A DNA stretch of 64,000 nucleotides from Azolla caroliniana (lineage: Eukaryota > Plantae > Polypodiophyta). How positions within the stretch are numbered: position 1 is the first letter of the stretch; each line of letters opens with the position of its first letter. The stretch is taken from assembly GCA_043228905.1 (NCBI GenBank), contig JBHGNT010000021.1:9920001-9984000 (forward strand), written 5' to 3'. The position numbers and the translations under genes were made by a program. Under the pieces are notes generated by a model, which had not been told where the DNA came from, ran no database searches, and saw nothing but the letters and a program-made list of their open reading frames with translations. Below are positions 1-13,209 of the stretch, piece after piece.

Positions 1-147
1 CATCTCCGGTGCTGAGTCGTTCACTCCGTCGACATAACTCCAGTAGCCATGCCCAAGCAGGTACTGGTGCATCTTGTATGACCAAGATGCGTAGTTGGTT
101 CTGTCGAGCTTCTCCACCAGGAGCGACATAGCCATACCTCTGTCCAT
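1..147 (-). CDS. gag: copia Gag N-terminus (partial, runs off window)
   Basis: ATG at 147-145; EKLDRTNYASWSYKMHQYLLGHGYWSYV nearly identical to the Gag of H and J. Confidence 0.85.
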   Translation of the reverse strand, partial: MDRGMAMSLLVEKLDRTNYASWSYKMHQYLLGHGYWSYVDGVNDSAPEM

Positions 148-305
148 TTCTCCTATTGTGTCTGTTTTCCGATCTGTTAGGGTTTCCTTCACAAGCGTAG
201 ATGTCTGCGGCAGAGGTTCTCAACCCACGCGCTCTGATACCATGTGAAAGATTGCTTGTGGAAGCGTTAGAAAGAACAATACACAAAGAGAGAGAGAGAG
301 TATGC

Positions 306-351
<46 letters not shown>

Positions 352-688
352 AGGACACACTATTTTTCAAAATTATATGAATACTCTATGCTCTATATCT
401 ACAACGCTCTCATCAGCGCTATTTATACAAGTCCACACGGGACTGTTAGAAGTACGGTGTACTTTAATGCTCACACGAGCATCAGTCACTAACTACGAGA
501 CTATAACTGCCTAGTAGTCTAACCTATACTAGGCTTCCGGTTATGGATTTGATCCGGCATACCGGCTCCCCAGCTCACTGGTCCTTACTGTTTACCGGCT
601 CGGTTGCTCACCGGCATACCGATTCATCTCGCTTACCAGCTCAAGCTTATTCAGCCGATCCGGCTCCGGTTGAGCTTGCCGGTCAACA
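1..688 (-). mobile_element. 5' end of a Ty1/copia LTR retrotransposon (same family as H and J): 5' LTR 243-688, tRNA-iMet PBS 231-242, start of gag; continues off the left edge
   Basis: GCTCTGATACCA at 231-242 (TGGTATCAGAGC on minus) abuts a TG..CA LTR similar to the J LTRs; gag reads MDRGMAMSLLVEKLDRTNYASWSYKMHQYLLG, as in ORF 43677. Confidence 0.92.
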
Positions 689-870
689 AAGTGCATTCCT
701 CTCGGCTACTCAAATGAATAGAAGGGTTATCAGTGTTATAACCCCTGATCGAAAGCGGTCCGATTTTTTGATGAATCAATGTCTTGGTACTTCTCTTCAG
801 CCGAACCCAAGCTAATTGATGTAGTTGATCCGGTGGAATCCTGAACAGAGAGGTGTCACGGAATCTGAAC
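689..870 (+). pseudogene. short remnant of a copia integrase C-terminal region (H/J-like)
   Basis: Translates as KCIPLGYSNE*KGYQCYNP...FDESMSWY, matching KCILVGYSDEQKGYKCYNP...FDESASWY in H and J. Confidence 0.7.
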
Positions 871-2896
871 AGCCTGTACGAGCCCTTCGACAGAGTAGAT
901 ATACCCAGGGGAGTATTGGAGTCTGATGGGAAACTTCTTAACAGAAAGACAGTGGCCACCATCAGATAGTGCGTCTATGTGAGTGTTCTTTAGCATCTGG
1001 TGAACGACACAAATGCCCACAAAAAGAGGTAGAAGTTGTTAGGGCTATACCAGAGGAAGAATGCCCTCAATAAAACCTCACTGATAAGAAAGATCATACA
1101 ACTGAAATACAGAGATCGTGAGAGCATCGTCGAACACATCAACACATTCATGGGGTATGTAAATCAACTTTTTGCAACCAAGTTTCCCCTTGATGATGTG
1201 ATGCAGGCCATCCTACTGATGTGCACACTACCAAATAGCTGGGAGAACCTAGTGGTTACTTTTAGCACCTCCTATCAAGAAGAGAACTTGTCTTTACAAG
1301 CGGTGAAGACAAGCATACTGGCGAGAAGGAAGGACGAGGGTGTCCTAGTCCAGTCGGAGTCAAATTTGACTCAACACACAGGTAGAGGAAGGAACTGGCA
1401 AAGGAGTTCACCAAGGTGAGAAAAGTATCAAGCCAGGTCGAAGTCCAGAGGTAAGCTCATGTGCTTTTATTGTGGAAAGCCTGGACACTTCTAGAAGAAC
1501 TACTGACATCTCAAGAAAGACAAGAGTGTCGGTAATAATGTCGAACCCAGGAAGATTTCTGAAGAAAAGAACACTCCAGCCATCGCTACGAGAAATGAAG
1601 AACTCATGTTTATTTGTGAACAGGCAAGTGCAAATCTTGCAAGCGAAGAATGCACTTGGGTGATCGACTCCGGTGCATCTTTCCACATAACTCCGTCAAG
1701 AGAGTATTTCTCGACTTACATAGCCGGTGATCATGGTTATGTAAAGATGGGTGACAGTGGGGAGTGCAAGATAGCCGGAATCGGAAGTGTCTATTTGACG
1801 ACGTCGACAGGGTGTCGACAAACTCTAAAGGATGTTTGACACGTCCCTGATATCAGATTGAATCTTATATCGACTGGAAAGATGGACGACGAACGCTATA
1901 GTGGTAGCTTTCGTAATGGCAAATGGAAATTCTGCCGAGGAAACCACATAGTGGCCCGAGCACCGAAAGAGGACACATTGTATATGATGCATGCCCGACT
2001 GTGCAAGTCAGAAGTGAATGTGGCAACTGACTCAAGTGGAGAGTTATGGAATAAGAGGCTCGACCACATGAGTGAGAAGGGTTTGCATCTGTTAGCCGAC
2101 CATAAACTTCAACTAGAGGTAAATGGAGTGCACCTGCAGAAGTGCGTCAACTGCTTAGTTGGAAAGCAGACTAGAGTAGCATTCCATTCAAGAACACCAA
2201 GAAGAAGAGAAGCTGCACTGGAACTAGCACACATAGATGTGTGTTATGTAGATGCTCCGTTGCATCGAGGCGAACAGTACTTTGTGACTTTCATTGACGA
2301 CTACAATCGGACATTGTGGGCTTTCATACTAAAGTCAAAAGTTCAAGTACTGTCGTTCTTCAAGGAATTCCAGGGAATAGCCGAACGGGAGTCAGGTCGA
2401 AAGTTGAAGGTTGTCCAAACCGACAATAGCGGCAAATATAAAGGGCAATTCGAGGAATACTGCAAGACCCAAGGTATTCAAATCGAATACACAATACCGA
2501 AGACCCTTGAGTTGAACGGGCTTGTAGAGAGGATGAATCGAACAATCATGGAGAGAGTAAGGAGCATGTTGTCTCATGCTAAAATTCCGAAAATCTATTG
2601 GGCTGAGGCAATGTACACGACTGTTTATCTTATCACAAGTCCCCCTCAGTACCGTTGAAAGATGATGTTCCACAAAGGGTGTCGACAGGAAAGGATGTCC
2701 CCTACCGACACCTTAGGGTGTTCGGATGCATAGTTTACATGCATGTGCCTAAGAATCAGAGGTCGAAGCTCGACTGTAAGTCGAAGCCATGCATATTCAT
2801 GGGATACTCAAAAGATGAGTTCGACTACAGGCTATGGGACTTAGTCGATAAGAAAGTAGTGAGGAGTCAGGACGTAGTCTTCTTCGAAGACAAGAT
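871..2896 (+). pseudogene. Element A gag-protease-integrase pseudogene
   Basis: ORFs 1036-1419, 1606-1839 (WVIDSGASFH protease), 1858-2658 (integrase core) and 2655-2945, broken by stops and frameshifts. Confidence 0.88.
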
Positions 2897-3467
2897 TGTT
2901 GAGAAGCAAGCTCAACAAAGTTATGTGATGCTTATTGAGAAATAAGCTATAGTAGCTATTAGCTAATTAGCTAATTAGCTACTAGTGGACATAAAGGTGA
3001 AACAACTATTTAGCTATGCACATCTATTTAGCTACTGACAACTATTTCGCTACAGACAGCTAATTAGCTGCATATATAAGTCACTTATATACTTAGGTAA
3101 AAAGTAAGAGAAGTAAGTAGAAAAGAGAGTGAGAGTGAGAGTAGTGCAGAGAGAGAAAAGTAAGAATAGAAAAACAGAAAACTGACGAGAACCAGTTGAG
3201 CTCTGCGTGTAATGAAGTAAAAGCTTTTGGACTGTGCAAAGGTAAGTCTCCTTCCCCTTCCCCTTTCTGTCTTGAGCACTAAACGATCCAGCACATCACG
3301 ATCCGTTGCGCACACAGAAGGGCCGTAGCGCCTTTGTAACATGGTATAAGAGCTTAGTTGCTCATAAAGAAGATCAGAATAGTACAGATCTGAGAAATTT
3401 GGTTTTAGTTGTTGATCCGAATTAGAGAGAGAGTTGTCTGTGAAGTTAACCCTAATTGAAAGAGAGA

Positions 3468-6400
3468 ATGGCTGCTGAGAATGGAAGCCAAATAGTCACA
3501 GAAAAATTGGAGAAATATGCTTAAGAGGTTTAGGACCTCAATATAAAAGCTTCAAAACATCTATTCTCACAAGGGATAGCATCCCAAGTTTTCAAGATCT
3601 GGTTTCAATGCTTGTAGTGGAAGAAAGAAATCAGATGGATGATGTAAACAAAGGAAACTCTAAGACTGAGGGACAAGCCCTCTACAATAGTGCTGGAAGA
3701 GGCCGAGGAAGAGGCCATGGAAGATTTGGTTTACTAGAACCAATAGTAACAATCAAGGAAGAGGACAACATGTTGTAAGTGGAAGAAACAACATTAGAGG
3801 TAGGGGGAGCAATCGAGATAGAGGTAAGCAAACTTATTTGAATGATGATGGCTATTGGTATTGTGGAAAACCAGGCCATACACAGGTTGAATGTTATAAA
3901 AAGCAAAATGATGAAAAAAGAGGGAAGAGACAACAAAATAACTATGCTTCAACTAGTGAAGACTGTGATAAAGATGGTGCATTTGTGGTGCAACATGAAA
4001 CAACAACAATGGCTGAATGTTCACAGAGATGCAATGAAGAGTTTATGTGGTATGTAGATTCTAGGGCATCGAATCATATGACAGGACATAAAAACTAGTT
4101 TGAATGTCTAAGAGAACCAGAGATTCCTGGTTATGTACAGACAGGTGATAATACTACTCACCAAATAGAGCATGTTGGAGAAGAAAAAGGAAAAACAAAG
4201 GTGATATGCTGAATGTGATGCATGTTCCAAACCTTGCAAAAAATCTGATTTTTGTTGGACAAATAATGGAGCAAGGAATGCAAGTTAAGTTTTAGCAAAG
4301 TGGATGCTTTCTAGACAAACAGGGAAATCTTATTGCAAAAGGAAAGCGAGAAGGAAGGATGTTTGTGTTAGATGTGGATATGCCTAAAAAGATTACAACC
4401 ATGTTTGCAGAAGGAATGAGTGTAATCTCAGACGTGGAAATGTGGCATAAAAGAATCGGTCACATAAGTATGCAAACATTGAAAAATATGTTGAGGAAAA
4501 AGACTGTGAGATGAGCAAAATATGTGAAGCATGTCAATATGGAAAGCAAAATAGGTTGCCTTTTGTCGGGATTCAGCCTTCGGCCACAACCGAGGAACAG
4601 GATCGATTCACAGAAAACGGGAAATACACCAATGCACGAAAACAATAGAGAGAAGGGCACACTGGATGTTTTACGTGGAAAACCCTAAATGGGAAAAACC
4701 ACGGGAGTGCAAGACTCCAACTATCACTATACGCGGGAATGTACAATGGCGAGCTGCAAGGCGACGACCTTGAGCTCGCTGTCCTCGCCACAGGCGGCGG
4801 TATTACACAGAGGCGTCGACCTCTTCCTTCCTCCTTCTCTCTCACTCTCTCTCGGCTGCTCTCACTTCGCTCCCTCTTAGTGGAAAACAGAAAAATGAGC
4901 AACAACAACAGTTAAACTGTTTGCCCTAAGTCATATTTATACACATATGACTTTCGGGCTATTTACAAATAAAGCCTCAAGGGCTCTTGGAAAACATATT
5001 CACAAATATGTCCCCGCATCCGGATCTCTCTCCGGGTACATTCATCATCCGGCTCCGTAACCGGGGTTCTTCAGCATCCGGCTCCGTAGCCGGGGTATTC
5101 ATCATCCGGCTCCGTAACCGGGGTCTTCGTCATCCGGCTCCGTAGCCGGGGTATTCATCATCCGGCTCCGTAGCCGCAACCGGGCTTGCCGTCATTCATC
5201 TCCGGACATCCCATCCGGAGGGACCGAAATCCCAACACCTTTCCCTCATGAAAGACATGTAAGCAAAAATTTGTTGGATTTGGTACATACAAATGTATGG
5301 GACCAACAAAAAATGCATCAATTAGTGGATGTAAGTTTTATGTAACTTTCATTGATGATTGCTCAAGGAAAACATGAGTTTACTTCATGAAAGAAAAAAG
5401 TGAAGTACTTGATTGCTTTCGTAAGTTTAAATTAAATGTATGGTAGAAAAGCAGGCTGGAACTAGAATAAAATGCTTAAGATCTGATGGAGGAGGAGAGT
5501 ACTTCTCAAATGAGTTTTCTGATTTTCTATGCAATCAAGGAATAAGGAGACAGTTCACATGTAGATATACTCCATAGTAAAATGGCGTTGTTGAGAGAAA
5601 AAACAGAACTTTGGTGAACATAGTAAGGGCATTAATGACAGAGAAAAATATGCCACTGTATTACTCGGCAGAAGCTGTAAACACAACAAACTACATTCTA
5701 AATAGGTGTATAGCATCTGGAGTACATGAGGTAACTCCTGAAGGATGTTTTTGTGGAAGGAAACCTAGCTTAGGACACTTGAAAGTGTTTGGATGCCTTG
5801 CCTATGTCCATGTACCTGCTGAAGTGAGAAGTAAGCTTGATCCAAAAACTGAAAAATGTGTATTTGTTGGATATTCAGAGGAGCAAAAAGGGTATAGATG
5901 CTATAACCCATTGAAAAAAAAGATTGTGGTAAGTCGGGATGTAATATTTGATGAGTTGGGCAGCTACTACAACCCAAAACAAAATGTAGAAATTGATGAA
6001 GACAATGAAAATGAAGACAGGGATAAATCTGAAAGTGTAAGAGATAACCACAGAGATGGAAACAATGTTGGACAACAAAGTTCCACATCAATAGAGTGGA
6101 GAAAATGCAAGACACAAAAAATATGATGATAAAAAGGGAAAACAGAAAATGCCAGAATATGAAATGCTTGATGATGGGTCTAGAAACATGGAAGATGTAG
6201 ATTAAGATATATCATTGGATGATGAGCTTGGTATAGGAGCCTTGAAAATCCCTGGTATGGAAAAGGCAATGAAAGATGCAAATCAGAAACTGAGAAGATT
6301 AGATAGAGAGAAAAAGACTGTTGAAATATTTGGTTATGATACATATATGGCTATGCATTATGCATACATGTCTAAAGTAGTACAAATCCCTGATCCAAAT

Positions 6401-7935
6401 AATTTTGATGAAGCAAAATCTGACAAGAAATGGTTGAATGCAATGCAAGAAGAAATAGATGCATTGGCTGAAAACAGAACATGGGATTTGGTGAAGTTAC
6501 CGAAAGGAAAAAATGTTGTAGGTTGCAAATGGGTCTACAAAACAAAGCATGATTCAAATGGGAATGTTAGTAGACATAAAGCAAGACTTGTTGCAAAGGG
6601 ATATGCCCAGATGCAAGGAATTGATTATGATGAAACATTTGCACCGGTTGCAAAGATGGCAACATTGAGAACACTACTTGCTGTGAGTGCAACCAAAAGA
6701 TGGGTTCTGCACCATATGGATGTAAAAAATGCCTTTTTACATGGTAACTTGGAAGAGGAAGTATACATCTGTCAACCACTAGGCTTTGAAGATAAGAAGC
6801 ATCCAGAATATGTATGCAGGCTGAAAAAGGCTCTCTATGGATTGAAACAAGCACCAACGGAATGGCATAAAGAACTTTCAGAATCTTTGAAAAAATTTGC
6901 TTTTAGAATGTCAAAGGCTGATCCATCATTGTATGTAAAAAGGATAAGTGATTGCATTGTTGTTATCTTGATATATGTTGATGACTTAATCATTTGAGGT
7001 AATTCCATGGATGAAATAAGAAAGCTGAAAAAAAAAATCTGGAAATGCAATTTCATATGAAAGATTTGGGAGAGTTGGGATACTTTATTGGCATTGAGAT
7101 GATCCGATCTGAAAGTGGTATATACATGTTGCAAAAACAGTATGCAACAACTATGTTGAAGAAGTATGGTATGCTTGGATGCAAACCTATTGGTGTACCA
7201 CTAGATAAGAATTGGAAATTGAGGGCTAATCTGGGATCCAAAATAGAAGATGTAAACATGTACAGGTTTATGGTGGGCAGCCTCATATATTTGACTATAA
7301 CAAGACCTGATTTGAGTTATGTTGTTGGATTAGTTAACCAGTTTATGCAACAACCAACAAAGCCACACTTGGACTGCATTTGAAGAATCTTGAGGTATGT
7401 AAAAGCTACTCAGAACTATTGTCTGTTTGACAAGGCTGATTTGGACATAAAGTTGGAAGGATATACAAATGTTGATTGGGCTAGAAGCCAAATTGACAGA
7501 AGATCCACAAGTGGATATATGTTTACATTGGGAAGTGCGGTTATTTCATGGAGTAGCAAGAAATAAGCTATTGTTGCACTATCAAGTACTGAAGGTGAAT
7601 ATAGAGGAGCTACAATAGCCATCTGTGAAGAGGTATGGATCAGAAGATTGCTTTCTGATTTGGGAGAGTATATAGATGGTGCACTCACAATTTGGTGTGA
7701 CAATATGAGCAACATTCAGCTCGCAAAAAATCAAGTGTTCCGTGCAAGAACAAAGCACATTGAAGTGCATTATCACTTTGTTAGAGAAAAAGTGATTGAT
7801 GGAGAAGTGGATCTGTTGTATGTAAGTACAAATCAACAAGTGGTTGATATTCTTATGAAGGGATTGAGCATGGAAAAACATACACAGTTTAGCGACATGA
7901 TGGGAGGGAATTATAACCATCACCATGGTAGCTGA
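3468..7935 (+). pseudogene. Element B gag-pol pseudogene
   Basis: ORFs 3838-4098, 5611-6126, 6215-6997, 7045-7383 and 7648-7935 in copia domain order, with many stops and deletions. Confidence 0.88.
4564..5237 (-). mobile_element. Solo LTR of the element-G family, inserted in the integrase region of B
   Basis: TG..CA ends, perfect TSD CCTTT (4559-4563/5238-5242), collinear with the G LTRs including the 28-bp U3 repeats. Confidence 0.92.
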
Positions 7936-8111
7936 AAAGCATGAAGAAAAGAAGATTGAACATGATCCAAAGAAAGGATAAGTTGAGCTTGAGGGGGAGT
8001 GTTGAGAAGCAAGCTCAACAAAGGTATGTGATGCTTATTGAGAAATAAGCTATAGTAGCTATTAGCTAATTAGCTACTAGTGGACATAAAGGTGAAATAG
8101 CTATTTAGCTA

Positions 8112-8709
8112 TGTTGGGATTACGGTCCCTTCGGATGGGATGGTCGGATGTCGGAGATGAATGCCGACAAGCCCGGTTGCGGTTTCGGAACCGGATGATG
8201 AAGACCCCGGCTTCGGAGCCGGATGACGAATGTACCCAGAGAGAGATCCGGATGCGGGGACATATCTGTGAATATGTTTGCCAAGGGCCCTTGAGGCTAT
8301 AGTTGTAAATAGCCCCAAAGTCATATGTGTATAAATATGACTTAGGGCAAACAGTTTTAATGTTGCTTCTCATTTTTCTGTTTTTCCACTCAGGAGGAGC
8401 GAAGAGAGAGCAGCCGTGAGAGAGATAGAGCGTGAGAGAGGAAGAGGTCGACGCCTCTGTGTAATACCGCCGCCTGTGGCGAAGATAGCTAGCTCAAGGT
8501 CGTTGCCTTGCAGCTAGCCATTGTATATTTCCCAGCGTATACTGATAGTTGGAGTCTTGCACTCCCGTGGTTTTTCCCGTCTAGGGTTTTCCACGTTAAT
8601 CCCTGTGTATTCGCGTTTTGTTGTGGTTCCTACTTTCTGCTGCATTGATTCGCGCTTACTCGGTTGTGGCCGAGTGGTGAAGGTTAAACGGAGCGTCGAT
8701 TGCTCCACA
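8112..8709 (+). mobile_element. Solo LTR of the element-G family, inserted in the 3' LTR of B
   Basis: TGTTGGGATT...CCACA, perfect TSD AGCTA (8107-8111/8710-8714); the B LTR resumes seamlessly after it. Confidence 0.92.
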
Positions 8710-9051
8710 AGCTATGCACATCTATTTAGCTACACATAGCTAATTAGCTATTGGCAGCTAATTAGCTGCATATATAAGTCACATATATACTTAGGTAAAA
8801 AGTAAGAGTAGTAAGTAGAAAAGAGAGTAAGAGTGAGAGTAGTGTAGAGAGAGAGAAGTAAGAACAGAAAAACACAAAGCTGACGAGAGCGAGTTGAGCT
8901 CTGCGTGTAATGAAGTAAAAGCTTTTGGACTGTGCAAAGGTAAGTCTCCTTCCCCTTCCCCTTCCCCTTCCCCTTTCTGTCTTGAGCACTAAATGATCTA
9001 GCACATCACGATCCGTTGTGCACACAGAAGGGCCGTAGCGCCTTCATAACA

Positions 9052-10315
9052 AAGACAATTGAGGATTGGAAACAACAGAGATCGGAATTGACTCCCCAGT
9101 CAACTCCCACTACCACTGACTTAAGGCCAAGTGAACCAATGCAACTTGCGGTTCGGAGACAGCCATTCAGCACAACCGAATCCAAGTCGGTCGACTTGGA
9201 GAGACAGACCGACTATGAGTCTGAGTCGGCAGAGTTGTTAAGATCGATTGAGGAATATGAGTTGGAGTCATCCAACCTTGAGAAGCCGATCGACATACAT
9301 GAACTGAGCCAATAGTAGAGTCAGCAGAGACATCCGAACCGAAGCCAACAATGAGTGGAAGGAGATACCCACTCAGAGAAAGGAGAGCATCAACAACATA
9401 TGCCAGTCAATACATCCTCTTGACTAATGAAGTTGAGCCAAAGTGCTATGATAAAGCCATTGCCGACACGCACAAAGAGAAATGGCTAAGCGCGATGCAA
9501 GCTAAGATGGATTGTTTGCACAAGAAATATACCTACGACCTGGTAGAGCTGTCGAAAGGTAAGAGAGCACTAAGGAATAAATGGGTCTACAAGGCGAAGA
9601 CTAGAGAGAGTCAATGGTGCGCCCCGGTATAAAGCCCGCATAGTGGTGAAGGGGTTCCAACAAAAAAAGGGTGTCAACTTCAATGAGATTTTCGCACTAG
9701 TCGTGAAGATGACATCCATCTGAACTGTTCTAAGCATAGTTGCCAGCATGGATCTGGAGATCGAATAGTTGGATGTCAAGACAACATTCTTGCACAGGGA
9801 GCTGGATGAAGAGATTTACATGCAGCAGCCCAAAGGCTTTGAGGAGAAAGGGAAAGAGAACCTAGTGTGTCGACTAAAGAAAAGCTTGTATGGTCTGAAA
9901 CAATTTCCACGCTAGTGGTACAAGAAGTTTGAATCATTCATGGTGGAACATGGGTTCCAGAAAACATAGGTGGATCATTGTGTGTTCTTCAAAAGTTACG
10001 ATGAAGGTGATTTCTTGATTCTCGTACTATATGTAGATGACATGTTGATAGTTGGTCAAGATACAAGGAAAATCGGTAGCCTGAAGAAAGCATTAGGCAA
10101 GTCATTTACCATGAAAGATCCTAGACCTACAAAGCAGATCTTAGGGATGCACATAGTTCGAGATAAAACTAAATGAGTGTTGTGGTTGTCGCAAGAGAAA
10201 TACGTGACTAAGATCCTAGAAAGATTCAACATGACGGAAGCAAAGCTGGTCGGCTCTATGTTACCGACTAACTGCAAGTTAAATGCAAAGCAATGCCCGA
10301 GAGGGGAGAAAGGAT
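9052..10315 (+). pseudogene. Element A reverse transcriptase pseudogene (truncated)
   Basis: RRYPLRERR, KRALRNKWVYK and LYVDDMLIVG motifs; ends abruptly at KQCPRGEK. Confidence 0.88.
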
Positions 10316-10875
10316 CCTCCTTTGTCGGCAGTAGAAAGCCACCCCCACCAATCTTGAGTTCTGGTAGCGTTTTGTCGGTGAACTTGTGCCCTATGCCGGC
10401 CAGATTCCGCAAACTCGGGTCCAATGCGACCCCCTTCATTCGCTTGCCCTCCGGCAAGGGAGCTGCGGCTGGCCTCACCTTCCGGTCCACGGTCTTGTAC
10501 TTCGTATCTTTGTAGGCCGTCCGATCCGACTCGACCTTCTCTCTGAAGTCGCATGACTTCGTACATTCCTACGGAACTAACCGGAATCACCTGATCTTCA
10601 CTGAGGCCTTCTTCGACCACCTTCCCTATCTCTCCTAGGGTGTCATCGAAGGAGACCGCCTCCACGGCGCTGCCAATCTCTTCGTCAAGGCTGAGGGCTC
10701 CACACGCTCTGAGACGCTCCTTTGCCTTCCTCCTTTCCCAACCACAGATGTCGGTTATCGTACAACCTCCGTTGTCAGAAAACCAAAATTTCCTACCTAT
10801 GGTATATGTGTGGGGTTTATCCGGGGTCTCCAGACTATCGCGGCCCCACGCCTTGATAGCCCTCTCTAAAAATCC
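10316..10875 (-). pseudogene. 5' remnant of element C pol, in the -1 frame relative to gag-PR
   Basis: Frame open from GGA TTT TTA at 10875 into ORF 10665-10279; TKYKTVDRKVRPAAAPLP pre-RT-type motif in the adjacent frame; truncated before the RT core. Confidence 0.6.
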
Positions 10876-12098
10876 CCTTGACCATCACCGCCGAGAGTCT
10901 CATGGTTACGCTCGTGGTTCGGTCTCACTGTCAAGAATTGGACGGAGTGTCGTTCGTGTTGGCTCTTCACGCACACGTACGCCGAACCGTTGTCTAGCAC
11001 CTTGGTCTCCATATGGGCCGCCGTGACGTATGGCTCTCCGAGGATAATCGGGTGTGAAGACATCTCCTGCACGAAGAAGTGTTGGTCTATCTTGACATCG
11101 CCAATCTTCACAAGCACATTCGGGCACGCCCCGTGCAGCTCCTCCATAGCGCGTGTCGCCACACGTATTTTCCACCCATGCCTAGTGTTAATCAACCACT
11201 TACCCTTTTTGTAGAAGTCCATGGATATCAAGTTTGTTTCGGACCCATGGTCTATCAATGCTACCACCGGTTCCTGGACGTGCCCGATCCGGACCGGGGT
11301 CTCCGTAGTAGCTCTTGCCTAGTGCAGCTTCGAATAGTGGCTTTCTGCAAGCTCATCTTCCAAGGCCTCCTCCTCCAGGTGCGTCGTCCACACTTCCACG
11401 GGCTTCTCCAGTTCCGGCTCCGTCGAGAGTCATTTATGCTTTAACTAAGTCCACGATGGAATCGTGGAACTCCTTCGCGATTCTAAGCACCTCCCTCAGC
11501 TACAGCTCCACCTTGTTGTCGAGAATCCGCTCTTCGAGGACCTTTCGTAACTCCGTCGACCTCTCTATCTCTGTGTCCAGCCGGTAACCAGCCTGCTTCG
11601 CTCTATCTTGCGGACCGGAACTACTGGAGTCATTCTTACCCGCTCCACTCCGCGTCTCGTACCGTTTTGAAGGTCCGGCTTCCCAGGCCTTCCCCACTCG
11701 CTTGTCCTCCACCAGAACTTCGTAGTTTTGGCACGCGGCTTCCACGAAACCGGTCTTCTCCTCAACCGGATCGTCCCATCCACTAAACCTCCCGGATCCA
11801 CTTCTCTGCGCGGTCCGCTTCTTCCTTCCTTAGTCGTACTCCGGAGAGGCCTTGTAGCACCGATGACCAGAATCCAGAGTCCTTCACTCCTTTGTTGCCA
11901 TCATCACTCTCGACCGGATTCCGGTCGATGCCGAGTAGTGAATGGCTTCAGCGTTGTCACAGTATTTCGTGAGTATGTGTCGAAAGGGGCACGACCATGG
12001 GGGTCTCAGACGAGGAAGAGATGGATGCCAGGAGACCAACCCTCTCCGTTCCCGGCTGCACCGGCTGTGGCGCAAACCGGAGGCTATCAAACACGAGA

Positions 12099-12137
<39 letters not shown>

Positions 12138-13209
12138 CGTGCAACACCGGCTAAACGCATGCTTCTTATATACAGAAAAGGAAAGAAGAAACTCCAAAGA
12201 CACAGACACAGACATAGATGCACAAAACTTCTCTATATATGTACAAGAGTAAGATACAAACCCGGCTTTGAGCCGGACCAAGGCAGGTTAGGTTACAACA
12301 ACAGTCAGTTGCCAAGCCGCCGATCGGGGAGCTCTCGGGCTCGTCGTGCTGAGGGGGTCTTGCATAGGAGACAGGGAAAAAGCCTAAACCCCTTTAGACA
12401 TACAAGATCCTAACCGAACTAAACCCTTAACAGAAAACAAGAAAGTAAGAAGAAGAAAGATTATCATACCTTGGACCTAATGGTATACCCTCCTAACTCA
12501 AAATGGGCAACCTCTTCATAAGAGACCTCTCCCTTCCTTTTATAGTCCAAGAAGGGAGGGACGATACAATGTGGGATAAATTCTCCCCCTTATTCGATAC
12601 ACCATTTCCCTACTATACATGTGCACATGTTGCACATTGCCGACTTGCCCATTCCATCCCGATTTCACACCAAAGCCGGAAATATTCATGACATCCACCC
12701 CCACAAAACCGCACATCCACCGGTGTGTGCCATCAAAGGAAAAGGTGAGAGATTTCAACGACGGTGATCAACGGGGTTCTCCGTCATCCTGGCACCCGAC
12801 CGCCTTGCCGGCTCCTACCGACCCCGATCCGTCGGCTCCATCTGATCCGCCATATCCGATACTCACACCTTTATCCCCGATTGGTCCTCCCGAACACCGT
12901 TGTCGATCTGGTTGCTCCTCCTTTGTCCGCCGCGTATGCCCTCCGATTAGGACCCCGGTCACTCCAGTTGTATGCCGGATTCCGTGCCTCGCGTGTCGTG
13001 TGTGTCCCTCCTTTGGTTCGACCGTCTCCTCATCCCGAGCACCTCAGCGTGGTGTCTCTCTCCATTCCGCGCTTGCCTTCCGTAGGCTCTTCCCGTGCGT
13101 CGATGTCATCCTCCGAATACGTGCTCGTTCTTCGGCCCTTACATGACCCCATTACGCACTCCTTGTTTCTCCCTTGTTCTCTGTGCTCTCTCGCGGTAAA
13201 GCGTACCGT

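Larger units (their letters stand above)
2897..9051 (+). mobile_element. Element B: degenerate full-length copia; 5' LTR 2897-3341, PBS 3342-3353, PPT 7991-7999, 3' LTR 8000-9051 (interrupted)
   Basis: LTRs TGTTGAGAAG...TAACA; TSD AAGAT/AAGAC (one mismatch); PBS TGGTATAAGAGC; PR (WYVDSRASNHM), INT, RT (YVDDLII) and RNaseH (RTKHIEVHYHF) in broken ORFs. Confidence 0.92.
871..10315 (+). mobile_element. Element A: degenerate Tnt1-like copia internal region, no LTRs in view, split by element B at 2897-9051
   Basis: Fragmented gag-PR-INT (871-2896) and RT (9052-10315) collinear with the intact polyprotein of G; FFEDK|TIEDWK rejoins across B. Confidence 0.88.

Noticed and set aside
302-514. RERERE/LSLSLS ORFs here and in other LTRs
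   Set aside because: Translations of (GA)n microsatellites.
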